A model generated the notes under the pieces. The model saw only the letters and a program-made list of their open reading frames with translations. It searched no databases and was not told the DNA's origin. The position numbers and the translations under genes are program-made. DNA of 64,000 nt from a virus (taxonomy: Duplodnaviria > Caudoviricetes). Within the stretch, counting starts at the first letter, position 1; every line of letters starts with the position of its first letter. The stretch lies in IMG/VR virus record IMGVR_UViG_3300009431_000002, positions 128,001 through 192,000 of that record. One strand, given 5' to 3'. Shown here one piece after another: positions 1 through 8,865 of this stretch.

Positions 1-674
1 TCGAGATCGCCAACGCCTGCGAGATCCTGCGCAGCCGGGGCTACGGCAACAAGAAGATCGCTGCCATCGTCAACAAGGACGTCCGCACCGTCCAGCGCGC
101 CCTGGAGTTCAAGGACAAGACCGACGAGTCCGTCACCGAGCTCGTGCGCGAGGGCGTCCTCAAGTTCAGCGCCGCCTGCGACGTCGTCAAGGCCCCCCGC
201 AACACGTGGAAGGGACTGCTGGACGAGCTGATGGGCGTGAAGCCGCACATCGACGAGAAGGCCGACCCCAACACCATGCCCCACAAGAAGCGGAAGAAGG
301 GCCCCAAGGGCAAGACCTCCTCCAAGGAGGCGGGCGCCAAGGAGCTCAACCCGCGGTCGCCGACCCGCCGCAAGAAGCCGGCGCCGAAGAAGGACGGGAT
401 CACCAAGACCCGGGAGCGCGCCAAGAAGCTGGGCGGCCGAGCCGGCGGCAAGAAGACCATCACCGAGATCCGGTCGCTCGTCGGGGAGACGGAGCAGCAG
501 CTCAAGCAGCACGAGATCGACGGCAAGGGCCAGATCCTCGAGCCGGACGAGGTGGCGCGTCGGAAGGGCGAGAACGCGGCCGGTGCCATCTCGTACCACT
601 ACGACAAGGGCAAGCTCGAGGGCATGATCGCGGGCCTCAAGTGGGCGCTGGGTGAGGGCAAAGACGCATCCTGA
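1..674 (+). CDS. ParB/Spo0J-like HTH protein, 5' end outside the window, Lys-rich C-terminal region
   Basis: The frame of ORF 144..674 is open back to position 3: EIANACEILRSRGYGNKKIAAIVNKDVRTVQRALEFKDKTDESVTELVREGVLKFSAACDVVKA. This fits the ParB HTH pattern (A..L...G....IA..hgks...V.r.L.L..lp..v...V..G.is...A). The CTPase domain would lie upstream of the window. Confidence 0.55.
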   Translation, partial: EIANACEILRSRGYGNKKIAAIVNKDVRTVQRALEFKDKTDESVTELVREGVLKFSAACDVVKAPRNTWKGLLDELMGVKPHIDEKADPNTMPHKKRKKGPKGKTSSKEAGAKELNPRSPTRRKKPAPKKDGITKTRERAKKLGGRAGGKKTITEIRSLVGETEQQLKQHEIDGKGQILEPDEVARRKGENAAGAISYHYDKGKLEGMIAGLKWALGEGKDAS

Positions 675-678
675 TTCT

Positions 679-694
679 GGCACAAGGGATGTAG
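679..694 (+). promoter_or_regulatory. Candidate promoter motif copy 1 (GGCACAAG-GGAT-GTAG)
   Basis: Intergenic, upstream of RBS AGGAGG and GTG 744. Matches the copies at 20864 and 27213. Confidence 0.4.
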
Positions 695-743
695 TCAACC
701 ACAGGGGAACAGCCCCAAGCTCACCCATAGGAGGGAATCACAC

Positions 744-1175
744 GTGACGAAAATCGACCGCCCCGTCAACCGCCAGATGACCGCCGAGGCCATCACCTAC
801 CGGCTGATCCAGAGCCAGCGCAACCGCCAGAACACCGGATGGGACGACCCCGTCGTCCTGGTGGAGATGGCCGTGCACGACGCCAGCATGGAGCAGTACA
901 ACGCGCGCCTGTCCCGGACCGTCATCACCCCGGACATCGGTGATGGCCGCCTCACCGAGACCACCATCGAGGCCATCATCCGCAAGGCCAAGGCCGACCA
1001 CGGCCTCGAGGGCAAGGCGCTGCTGCACCGCCGGTGCGTCGTCACCCTCAAGCCCAGCAACCGCCGGGACAAGCGCCCCAACGCCGACTTCGTGCGGCTG
1101 GGGATGCTCACCGACGAGGAGAAGGACGCGGACGCGCCGTCCGCGGACTCGCTCCAGGAGCTGGCGGGAGGGTGA
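744..1175 (+). CDS. Hypothetical protein (143 aa)
   Basis: Strong RBS (AGGAGGG) before GTG; GC3-rich codons. Confidence 0.7.
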   Translation: MTKIDRPVNRQMTAEAITYRLIQSQRNRQNTGWDDPVVLVEMAVHDASMEQYNARLSRTVITPDIGDGRLTETTIEAIIRKAKADHGLEGKALLHRRCVVTLKPSNRRDKRPNADFVRLGMLTDEEKDADAPSADSLQELAGG

Positions 1176-1200
1176 CCCGCAGCCGCGACCAGAAGGCTTC

Positions 1201-1222
1201 GGCCGGGGGATGCCCCCCGGCC
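1201..1222. other. GC-rich hairpin without U-tract
   Basis: GGCCGGGGG-ATGC-CCCCCGGCC, a 9-bp stem between two plus-strand genes. Confidence 0.4.
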
Positions 1223-1234
1223 GGGGCCGGCCGT

Positions 1235-1609
1235 GTGGACCCGTTGTTAGCTCAGAGGCTCGTGTGGGTGGACGACCTCGGCGCGGCGCTGTCCGACGCC
1301 ACCGACAAGGTGGAGCACGTCTTCATCACCGTGGACCCCGTCCGCAAGATGGCGGTCAGAATCGACATGAGGCTATCGGAACCCCTGGAGCCGGGGTCCG
1401 AGAAGCATTTCGCCAACGTGATTCGCGGCTGGGCCGCGGTCAACGACGTGGACGTGCTGAAGGTGACGACACAGTGTCGTCGCGTGTTGGTGGACGCCCA
1501 CGTCAAGTACCTTGGAGGTGGAGAGTGCCGTCACAGTATATGGGATCTGCGCCCAGCCCCGCGAAGCCGCCACCGCTTCGTGCGCATCGGGGACCGCGGA
1601 AGAAAATGA
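1235..1609 (+). CDS. Hypothetical protein (about 124 aa; start re-called within ORF 1034..1609)
   Basis: GTG at 1235; protein-like composition only downstream of it. Its stop overlaps the RNase HII ATG (ATGA). Confidence 0.6.
   Translation: MDPLLAQRLVWVDDLGAALSDATDKVEHVFITVDPVRKMAVRIDMRLSEPLEPGSEKHFANVIRGWAAVNDVDVLKVTTQCRRVLVDAHVKYLGGGECRHSIWDLRPAPRSRHRFVRIGDRGRK
1467..1479. repeat. Dispersed palindrome CGACACWGTGTCG, copy 1
   Basis: TGACGACACAGTGTCGTCG at 1464-1482, inside a CDS. Confidence 0.9.
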
Positions 1610-2229
1610 GAGTCGCCGGCCTGGACGAGGCGGGTGCCGGAGCCCTGGCCGGTCCCGTCATCGCCGCGGCCGCGCTCTACGACGACATGACGTGCCCGTT
1701 CGAGCCGCTCATCGACGGCGAGGGGTACAAGGACAGCAAGCAGCTCACGAAGCTGGCGCGCGAGAAGCTGGTCCCCCAGCTCATCGCTGGCGCCGTGTCC
1801 ATCGGGCTCGGATGGGCGGACCCCGAAGAGGTCGACCGCATGGGCATGCGGGAGGCTCACCTGCTCTGCCTGCGGCGCGCCGTGGGGGATCTGCAGACGC
1901 CGCCGGAGATGCTCTACGTCGACGGCCGCGCCTACGAGCTCAGTGGCCTGCCCTTCCCGCAGCTCGCCGAGAACCGAGCCGATACCATCTACTGGCAGGT
2001 GGCGGCCGCATCGGTCATCGCCAAGACCTACCGCGACGGCATCATGTACGAGCAGCACGCGAAGTACGATGGCTACGGGTTCAACACCAACGTGGGGTAC
2101 GGGTCCAACCAGCACCTCGAGGCTCTGGGCAGGCTCGGCCCGACGCCCATCCACCGCAAGCTGTTCATCCGCAAGCCCATGGCCCGGGCTGGGCAGCAGG
2201 TCCCCCTGTCCCGGAGGTACACCCTGTGA
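1606..2229 (+). CDS. rnhB: Ribonuclease HII
   Basis: MRVAGLDEAGAGALAGPV, DSKQL, YVDG, VAAASVIAKTYRD, GYG...H.EAL..LGPTPIHR are all RNase HII signature motifs. Confidence 0.92.
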   Translation: MRVAGLDEAGAGALAGPVIAAAALYDDMTCPFEPLIDGEGYKDSKQLTKLAREKLVPQLIAGAVSIGLGWADPEEVDRMGMREAHLLCLRRAVGDLQTPPEMLYVDGRAYELSGLPFPQLAENRADTIYWQVAAASVIAKTYRDGIMYEQHAKYDGYGFNTNVGYGSNQHLEALGRLGPTPIHRKLFIRKPMARAGQQVPLSRRYTL

Positions 2230-3059
2230 GCGGCGAGGTCACCACGGCCCGCATCGCCCGGCTACTGCACGCCCGCCACGAGCCGCCGGAATGGGCGTGC
2301 TTCCAGGAGTTCACGACGATGACGGGCGGCGGGTTCCGCCGGTCTGGCGGCTACAGGACCGTGCGGTTCGTCGACTTCCTCGCCGTGAACCTCTGGCCCT
2401 CGAAGGGGATCTCCAAGTCGCCCAGGGTCGTCGCCTACGAGATCAAGGTCAGCCGCTCCGACTTCTTCCGGGAGATCCAGGACCCCAGCAAGCGGGCCCA
2501 GGCCATGGCGATGTCCAGCGAGTTCGTGTTCGCCGTCCCCAGTGGGCTGGTGAAGAAGGACGAGGTCCCCGAGGGCTGCGGGCTGCTCTACGCCACGACG
2601 GCCGGCCTGCGGCAGATGAAGGCGCCGCGGCAGAAGAAGCCGGACGACTGGGACTGGAACCTCATCTGCTCGCTGGCACGCCGCGTCGCCGACGAGCGTC
2701 CGAAGGACTCGCTGGCCGCCTGGAGGGTGGCGGGCCGCGAGCTGACCTACGAGGAGCTCGTGCAGCTGGCCATCAGCTCGTACAAGCGTGACGTCGGCGA
2801 GACCGCGGAGGCCATCGCCAACGGCGCCACCAAGAAGCTGATCGCCTCCAAGCCCTACCAGGACCTGCTCGACATCGCCGCGGCCGTGAAGGAGAAGTGT
2901 GGCTGGCGCGTGCAGACGGGCGACCAGTTCCGCCGGTGGTTCGATGAGCAGCTGCAGGGCGCGGTAGACCGCGACACGATCAGTGGAATCCGGCAAGCGC
3001 GGAGCACGCTGGATCGAGTGCTGGAGCGAGTCGCGCCAGCTCCGAAGCAAACCCGCTGA
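2226..3059 (+). CDS. MmcB-like PD-(D/E)XK nuclease-family protein
   Basis: R.VDFLAVNLWPS...VVAYEIKVSRSDFFREIQDPSKR...SEFVFAVP.GLVKKDEVPEGCGL. The GTG overlaps the rnhB stop (GTGA). Confidence 0.65.
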   Translation: MSGEVTTARIARLLHARHEPPEWACFQEFTTMTGGGFRRSGGYRTVRFVDFLAVNLWPSKGISKSPRVVAYEIKVSRSDFFREIQDPSKRAQAMAMSSEFVFAVPSGLVKKDEVPEGCGLLYATTAGLRQMKAPRQKKPDDWDWNLICSLARRVADERPKDSLAAWRVAGRELTYEELVQLAISSYKRDVGETAEAIANGATKKLIASKPYQDLLDIAAAVKEKCGWRVQTGDQFRRWFDEQLQGAVDRDTISGIRQARSTLDRVLERVAPAPKQTR

Positions 3060-4233
3060 CGGCCCCCTCCTTCTCCAGCAGGGTCTTGTAGCCGCGGGGC
3101 TGCATGCCTGCGTCGAGCGCCTTCTTGAACCTGCGGACGTGCTTGCAGTCGCTGCCCTTGTGCGACCGCTTGTAGTACCAGTCCGGGCACGTGCATCCGA
3201 CTCGACCCGAGGACATGAGCTTCAGGGTGTACCGCTTGGGTCCGACATCGGACTTGACCCGGCGGACGTGCTCGGCGCCCTGCATGCCCTCCATGGCCCG
3301 CACGTGCCTTTTTAGCTTCGAGTCGGCCTCGGGGTGCAGGAGGATGGCCTGGCGGAACCCCGGGGACCGCAGGGCGCGGCCCTTGTACTTCTTCCACGCG
3401 TCCTGCGTGGGCGCGGGATCCGTGACGAGCCTGTCGGCCTGCTGCAAGTGCTTGGGCTTCGGGATGGTCGGCGGCAGCGGGCCCTGCCGGGCCTCCTTGA
3501 CCGCCGACGTCTTCTCCGCCACGAACCGCAGATTCTGCGACCCGGGCGTCGGCACCCTGTGGTACCCGACCTTCCCGGTGGCCGGACTGTAGATCGCGTG
3601 CCACTCCCCTGCGCCGCCCGGCATCCTCGCCCCGTGGATGTCCACGCTGCTGGGCCACACCTCCGGGGACACGAGCCCGCGCACCACATCCCGCGCGCGG
3701 CGAGCGTGCCGAAGGTTGCCTGGGGTGGGCCGGTCGAGATCGACGCCAGCAGCGGCCATCAGCTCCTCGAACTCTGGGCTGAACGGCTCTGGTCGGAGTT
3801 CCTGCGCAAGGTCACGCTCGATCATGGCGGGGTCTGGCGGGTCGCCGGGGTGGCTGTGGGCCGTCGGGCGCGAGGGTCCCGTGCGGTTCGCGGAGACGGG
3901 CCGCAACGCCACCGTCCCACCATCGCCGTGGACTAGATGGCGCGAACGCCCGCGCACGCCCACCTCGCCTACCTCATCCGCGCTCGCAGCCGCCAGATCC
4001 TTCATCCTGGCGGTCGGCGCGGCAGTCGATGGGTGGTCGATCTTCCCCTTCCTGAGCATCTTGGCCAGCCAGCGCCAGTCGCCCTCGCCCACCGAAACAC
4101 CGGCCGCACGTGCCGTCCGCGCGAGGTCCTCCGTGCGCGCTGACGTCTTGGCCAACTCGACGAAGTTGGCGCCCAAAATCGACCCCAGGCTATGGGCGAT
4201 TTCTGGGCGGCTGGTCAGATCTGATTTCATCAA
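2980..4233 (-). CDS. SWIM zinc-finger protein, probably virion-associated
   Basis: VGCTCPDWYYKRSHKGSDCKH fits the SWIM CxC-x(n)-CxH pattern. Start overlaps the SNF2 stop. Carries KxA-type motifs (AKTSA, EKTSA, GFASELARLA). Confidence 0.7.
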   Translation of the reverse strand: MMKSDLTSRPEIAHSLGSILGANFVELAKTSARTEDLARTARAAGVSVGEGDWRWLAKMLRKGKIDHPSTAAPTARMKDLAAASADEVGEVGVRGRSRHLVHGDGGTVALRPVSANRTGPSRPTAHSHPGDPPDPAMIERDLAQELRPEPFSPEFEELMAAAGVDLDRPTPGNLRHARRARDVVRGLVSPEVWPSSVDIHGARMPGGAGEWHAIYSPATGKVGYHRVPTPGSQNLRFVAEKTSAVKEARQGPLPPTIPKPKHLQQADRLVTDPAPTQDAWKKYKGRALRSPGFRQAILLHPEADSKLKRHVRAMEGMQGAEHVRRVKSDVGPKRYTLKLMSSGRVGCTCPDWYYKRSHKGSDCKHVRRFKKALDAGMQPRGYKTLLEKEGAVSGFASELARLAPALDPACSALAGFH

Positions 4234-7073
4234 TGGCTCGGGATGTAGTGCTCGGTCTTCTGGACCTTCTCCTCGGTCACGGACAGCCCACGCAGCATGG
4301 CACGGAGCTGCTCGTCACCGAGTCGCGCCCGCTTGCGCGCGTGGGTCTTGGGCGTCGTGAAGTACGGGTCGCGCAGGCCCAGCAGCATCTCTGGCGTGAG
4401 CATCAACGCAGCGAGCCCTGTGCCGGCGGCGACGGCGCCCCCGATGCCCACCGCGGCCTGGGTGACCGAGCGGGACCGGGGCAGTAGGTCTTCGGCGAGC
4501 CCGATGCCCAGTGGAGCGAAGGCAGGGGCGCCAGACAGGCCGACCAGCGGCGTGGCGATGCCCAGGACCTTGGCCGTGTTCACCAGCCTGTCCTTGTCGG
4601 TCTTCATCCCCTTGGGCGCCGGCGTTCCGCGCGCGGCCGCGCGGTAGTACTGGCGCAGGGTGTCGATGAAGTACTGCTCGCGCGCCTGCTTCTTCTCGTT
4701 GCCCACGGCCTCGACGTACGGGTCGGCCATGTCCTCGATCTTGTCGCCGAACTCGTTCCAGTACGCCTCCATGATGGGCTGGTCGGACTTGACGAGGCTG
4801 CGGCCCTCCTGGAAGGGGATGCGCTTGGCTGCGGCCCGCAGCTTCTTCTTGTCCACCTTGGCCGCGGAGATCTTCTCCATCTCGTCGTCGAAGGCGGCCT
4901 GCATCACGGCGAGCTTGAGCAGGGAGTCCTCGGCGAGCTCACCGACGGCGTAGTCGAACTCGGACTCCACGCTGGCGGCCTTGGACTTGCCCTTCAACTG
5001 GTGGCGGAACGACTCGTTGAGCACGTCCTTGCGCTTGGCGACGTCGTACATCCACTCGTCGGGCGAGGTCTCCCGCTTGAACGGGTTGTACATGATCGGC
5101 GCGCCGGCGGTGGTCAGGCGGTCGAGGAAGCCTCCAGGGGAGATGAGCTTCAGCGTGTCCTTGGCGGTCTGCGTGGCCGAGCGGGGCACGACGCTGACGT
5201 ACCGGCGGATGACGACCTTGCGCTGCTCCGGCTCCCGGTGCGCGAGCCCGCCGGCGCGGACCGCGCGGGCCTCGGCCTGCTGGATCTTCTCGGGGTTGAA
5301 GTGGCCGTCGAGCGCCGCGAACATCGTGGCGTTCTTGAGGTCCAGCCCCTCGCCGCCGGCGGCAGAGATGACGAGGACCTTGTTCTTGCCCTTGTTGAAG
5401 TCGCGCACAGACCGTTGGCGCTTCTCCTCGGTCACCCCGGGCTGGCCCTTGCCCACGAAGGTGCCGAAGGGGATGCCGCGGTCCTTCAGCCCCGCGGACA
5501 CGACGTCGACCCCACCCTTGATCAAGTTCGAGTGGATGACGACCTGGCCGTCTTCGGTCTCGGCGAGGTGGTCCTCGACGTCGTCCAGCATCACCTTGAC
5601 CTTCGGCGTCTTCTGCGCCGACTCGGTGATGTCCATGTCGTTGTCGATGGTGTGGATCGAGTTCGAGACCTGCCGGGCCTGGATGATCTTGGCGAAGATG
5701 TTGTTGAGGTCCCGGCTCTTGAGCTGGCTGGCACCGAAGCGCAGCTTGATGGCCGTGACGGGGTCGAGCTTGTCCACCACGTAGCGGTAGAGCTCCTCCT
5801 GTCGCGGGCTCATCATCACCTTGACCTCTTCGACGACCTTGTCGGGCATGCGCTCGTCGTCCATGTCCTTGGTCTCGAAGTGGTCGACGAACGGGTTGAG
5901 CAGGGCGCGCACCATCCGCGGCCGCGCGATGGTCTTCTGCCCCTTCTTGTCCTCGCGGACGAAGCGTCGCTCGAAGTGGTTCTTGGTGCCCAGGCGGTGC
6001 TTGCCGCCGGTCATGGCGTCGACCAGCGGGACCATGTCGCCCGGGGTGTTGTTCATGATCGACCCAGTCAGGCCGATGAAGTTCTTGTGGTGCGGGCGCG
6101 CGTCCTTCAACGTCTTGTAGGTCGCGCCCTCCTCGTTGCGGATCCGGTGGAGCTCGTCGTAGATGACGGTGTCCGCGCCCGAGGCCTTGATGTACTTCTC
6201 CGGGTCCTTGCGGAACATCTCGTAGCTGACGACGTGGTAGCGGGCACCGTCGTCGGGGTCCTCGGCGGCCCTGGCAACGCCCTTGGCTACCTCCTGGCTG
6301 TTGCCGAAGATCGCACCGCGGGCGTTGGTGAACTTGCGGACCCCGTTGTCCAGGAAGTTGGCGCGCAGCGACGCCGGCGTCACGACCAGCGCGCGGCTGG
6401 CGTCCCCGGAGTCTCGCATCTTCTCGAACGAGGCGATGGCGGTGATGGTCTTGCCGGACCCCGTGCCGTGGGACAGGAGCAGGGAGCCACCGCGGTTCAT
6501 CACCTTGTCGACCGCAGCCCTCTGGTGCTCGAACAGCTCGACGTTGCGCTTCAGTCCCTTGGGCTCGAACCTCTGTTCCTTCTTGCGCTTCGCCACCTTC
6601 ACCGAGCTAGCCTTGGCCATGCCCGGCGCCGCCTCTCCCATCGTCTCCGCGGACCGCCCGACGACCCGGCCCAGGTGCTCCGGCAGCTTCCGCAGCTTGC
6701 CCTTCAGCAGCTGCTCCGCCTCCACCGAGCTGGGTGAGGGTGCGAGGCCGAGGAGCTTCGACGCGAGCATGTCTCCCTTGAGGGCACCGAGTCCCGCGAC
6801 CTCCGCTGTGCCAGGCACGGGCAGGGCTGCTGCTGCACCCATCGCCGCGGGGATGGTGGCGATGTTGTCGGTAGCGGCGCCGACCAGGACTCGCTGGGTC
6901 TCAGGGTTGAGCAGGTGGAATCGAGAGGTCCCCGGAACCTCCGTCAGCAGCACGCGCTGGAGAGCGTCGGACGCGCCGCCCGCAGCCTGCTCCACCGCCT
7001 GCCCGACGCGCGGCAGCCCGACGCGGCGGAGGAGTTCGCCTGTGATCTGCCCACGTGCCGCCGCCTTCTCCAT
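4230..7073 (-). CDS. SNF2/SWI2-family helicase-like ATPase with N- and C-terminal extensions
   Basis: LFEHQ (Q motif), LLSHGTGSGKT (Walker A), ALVVTPASL, VIYDELHRIRN (Walker B), LTGSIMNN, SAAGGEGLDLKNA, IQQAEARAVRAG (motif VI). Confidence 0.88.
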   Translation of the reverse strand: MEKAAARGQITGELLRRVGLPRVGQAVEQAAGGASDALQRVLLTEVPGTSRFHLLNPETQRVLVGAATDNIATIPAAMGAAAALPVPGTAEVAGLGALKGDMLASKLLGLAPSPSSVEAEQLLKGKLRKLPEHLGRVVGRSAETMGEAAPGMAKASSVKVAKRKKEQRFEPKGLKRNVELFEHQRAAVDKVMNRGGSLLLSHGTGSGKTITAIASFEKMRDSGDASRALVVTPASLRANFLDNGVRKFTNARGAIFGNSQEVAKGVARAAEDPDDGARYHVVSYEMFRKDPEKYIKASGADTVIYDELHRIRNEEGATYKTLKDARPHHKNFIGLTGSIMNNTPGDMVPLVDAMTGGKHRLGTKNHFERRFVREDKKGQKTIARPRMVRALLNPFVDHFETKDMDDERMPDKVVEEVKVMMSPRQEELYRYVVDKLDPVTAIKLRFGASQLKSRDLNNIFAKIIQARQVSNSIHTIDNDMDITESAQKTPKVKVMLDDVEDHLAETEDGQVVIHSNLIKGGVDVVSAGLKDRGIPFGTFVGKGQPGVTEEKRQRSVRDFNKGKNKVLVISAAGGEGLDLKNATMFAALDGHFNPEKIQQAEARAVRAGGLAHREPEQRKVVIRRYVSVVPRSATQTAKDTLKLISPGGFLDRLTTAGAPIMYNPFKRETSPDEWMYDVAKRKDVLNESFRHQLKGKSKAASVESEFDYAVGELAEDSLLKLAVMQAAFDDEMEKISAAKVDKKKLRAAAKRIPFQEGRSLVKSDQPIMEAYWNEFGDKIEDMADPYVEAVGNEKKQAREQYFIDTLRQYYRAAARGTPAPKGMKTDKDRLVNTAKVLGIATPLVGLSGAPAFAPLGIGLAEDLLPRSRSVTQAAVGIGGAVAAGTGLAALMLTPEMLLGLRDPYFTTPKTHARKRARLGDEQLRAMLRGLSVTEEKVQKTEHYIPSH

Positions 7074-7074
7074 G

Positions 7075-8052
7075 TCAGTGCCCTTCCTGCCGGCTCACCG
7101 ATGGGTACAGGCCGCCGGTCTTGATGAGTCCCTCGGAGATCCGCTTGCCCCGCACGTCGCGGCGACGCAGCAGTCGTCGGAAGTCGTCGAACGACATCGT
7201 CGTCATCGACCCGAAGAACTTGGGGCTGTTGTAGTGCTTGAGGTACGCCCGCTTCGCCTCCTTGGCATTGCGGAACCCCAGCATGCACTTGTCCTCGTCG
7301 TACTCCTTGAAGCCGGGCTTCTTCATCTGGTGGACGATGTACACCACGTCGGAGTGGAGGTCTGGCCCGACGTACACGTCGACGGGGTCGCCGTCGGGGG
7401 CCATGGTCCGTCGGACCTCACCGTAGTGGTGCTGCATCTTCGTGCTGCCGGACTCGCCGGTGTTCTCGTCCTTCCAGTGCCGGCTGGAGCCGCGGCGGTT
7501 CTCGATGTAGATCTTCAACCCACGGAAGTCGATGGTCCCCTGGTAGGGCCACTCCTTCCTGTTCCGCTTCGGCGGCGGGCCCACCTTGGGCTTGACCTCC
7601 TTGGGGTCAGCGCCGTTGGCCTTGGCCACCTTCTCCAGCGCCGCGATGATGGCGAGCCCACTGGCCTTGTAGAAGTTGCCCTCGTTCACACCGACCGTCT
7701 CACTGTTCCGCGCGTCCTCCAAGCCCTTCAGCCCGTCCTTCGTCAGCTCGGGGCCGCCCTTGACCTTCAGGAACTCGTGCCCGTCGCCGTCGACACTGGT
7801 CTTGTAGGCGCGGCTGGCGCCGATCTGGCTGTTGTGCTCGACCGCTCGGAGCAGCCGGACCATCTTGGCGACGGTCTCCGGGTGGCCCTCGAGCTCCAGC
7901 TTCACCGAGGCGCGCGGCTGCTCACCGACCTTCTCCGGCAGCTTCTCGTCCGGTGTGTGCCTCTCCCACTTCTTGACGGTGCCCTTGGGCACACGACCAT
8001 CCGCCTCCATGGCGTGGAAGAGTCGTCGCTGTGCCTCGCTCTGGAATGGCAT
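7075..8052 (-). CDS. Protein with C-terminal inorganic pyrophosphatase-like (InPase) domain
   Basis: GLKIYIENRRGSSR...MQHHYGEVRRTMAPDGDPVDVYVGP...IVHQ...YDEDKCMLGF..AKEAKRAYLKHY. The DxDxxD motif matches family I PPase-like domains described in phage polyvalent proteins. Confidence 0.72.
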   Translation of the reverse strand: MPFQSEAQRRLFHAMEADGRVPKGTVKKWERHTPDEKLPEKVGEQPRASVKLELEGHPETVAKMVRLLRAVEHNSQIGASRAYKTSVDGDGHEFLKVKGGPELTKDGLKGLEDARNSETVGVNEGNFYKASGLAIIAALEKVAKANGADPKEVKPKVGPPPKRNRKEWPYQGTIDFRGLKIYIENRRGSSRHWKDENTGESGSTKMQHHYGEVRRTMAPDGDPVDVYVGPDLHSDVVYIVHQMKKPGFKEYDEDKCMLGFRNAKEAKRAYLKHYNSPKFFGSMTTMSFDDFRRLLRRRDVRGKRISEGLIKTGGLYPSVSRQEGH

Positions 8053-8055
8053 CGT

Positions 8056-8865
8056 CTACCCCAGGTTCGGGCCGAACACCTTCCGCGGCCAGCTGCCCGT
8101 GCCTGTGGTGGGCAGCGGGGCCTGCGAGAACATGTTGAACGCCTTCATGGCAGCCGGCAGCGCGACCAGTGCGCCGCCGACCCGCCCCCACTTCGGCAGC
8201 CTGCTGGCGAGCTGGGCTGCCTCGTCCGCGGTCATCAGCCCCTTCTCCACCGACTTCTGCAGGGTGCCGGCGAGCATCTTCCCGCCACCGTGGCCGAGCA
8301 TCGACGCACCGCCGACGGTGCCCGCCATCCCAGCCAGCCCCCACGTCGGTCCGGCGGGGACCACCTGCACAGGCTGCTGGTACTGCATCGGGTAGGCCGC
8401 GGTCTTCTCGCCCGTGTAGTTGCGCAGCTTCTCGGACATCTCCGCGACGTGTGCTCGCTCCTCTTCCTCAGACATGCCGTGCGTGATGTAGATGCTGCCG
8501 ATCCCGCCGTCGCCCCGCCGCACAGACAGGATCTTCTTGTAGGGGGAGTAGTGGTCGCGGGTGCCTCCGGCACCGAGGGTCCGCCGCAGCGCGTTGATCA
8601 TCCCCGGCAGCTTCTCCGTATGCACCGGCTTCTTGACGTAGACGCCACCAGGCTCGAACGCGGAGTCTGGAATGGCCTTGCCCGTCCGCTCCTCCTCAGC
8701 CATCACGGCCTCGACAGCATCGAGGTCGTCCCACAATCCCTGACTGTCGGGAACATGCGTATTGAGGAGCTTGTACCCTTCCGGGGTCAGCGACCTCGGG
8801 TCGACGCGCTTCGGGCCGAACGCGGTCTTCACCAATCCGAAGGGCACGATGGGTCGCTCGGTCAT
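8056..8865 (-). CDS. Hypothetical, probable virion-internal protein
   Basis: GC3-rich ORF with VKTAF and EKTAA motifs and Gly/Ala-rich hydrophobic C-terminal segments. Confidence 0.6.
   Translation of the reverse strand: MTERPIVPFGLVKTAFGPKRVDPRSLTPEGYKLLNTHVPDSQGLWDDLDAVEAVMAEEERTGKAIPDSAFEPGGVYVKKPVHTEKLPGMINALRRTLGAGGTRDHYSPYKKILSVRRGDGGIGSIYITHGMSEEEERAHVAEMSEKLRNYTGEKTAAYPMQYQQPVQVVPAGPTWGLAGMAGTVGGASMLGHGGGKMLAGTLQKSVEKGLMTADEAAQLASRLPKWGRVGGALVALPAAMKAFNMFSQAPLPTTGTGSWPRKVFGPNLG

Noticed and set aside
940-1605. Long N-terminal extensions on RNase HII (940), the MmcB-like gene (1512) and other ORF-track starts (27348, 28954, 30604, 36994, 37682, 38811, 39763, 40819, 41718, 43206)
   Set aside because: The extensions are off-frame read-through of upstream genes; coupled ATGA/GTGA/TGATG starts and RBSs give shorter, better starts.
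686-4249. 10-bp repeat GGGATGTAGT at 686-695 and 4240-4249
   Set aside because: The second copy is explained by SNF2 C-terminal codons (HYIP); two copies of a 10-mer is weak evidence.
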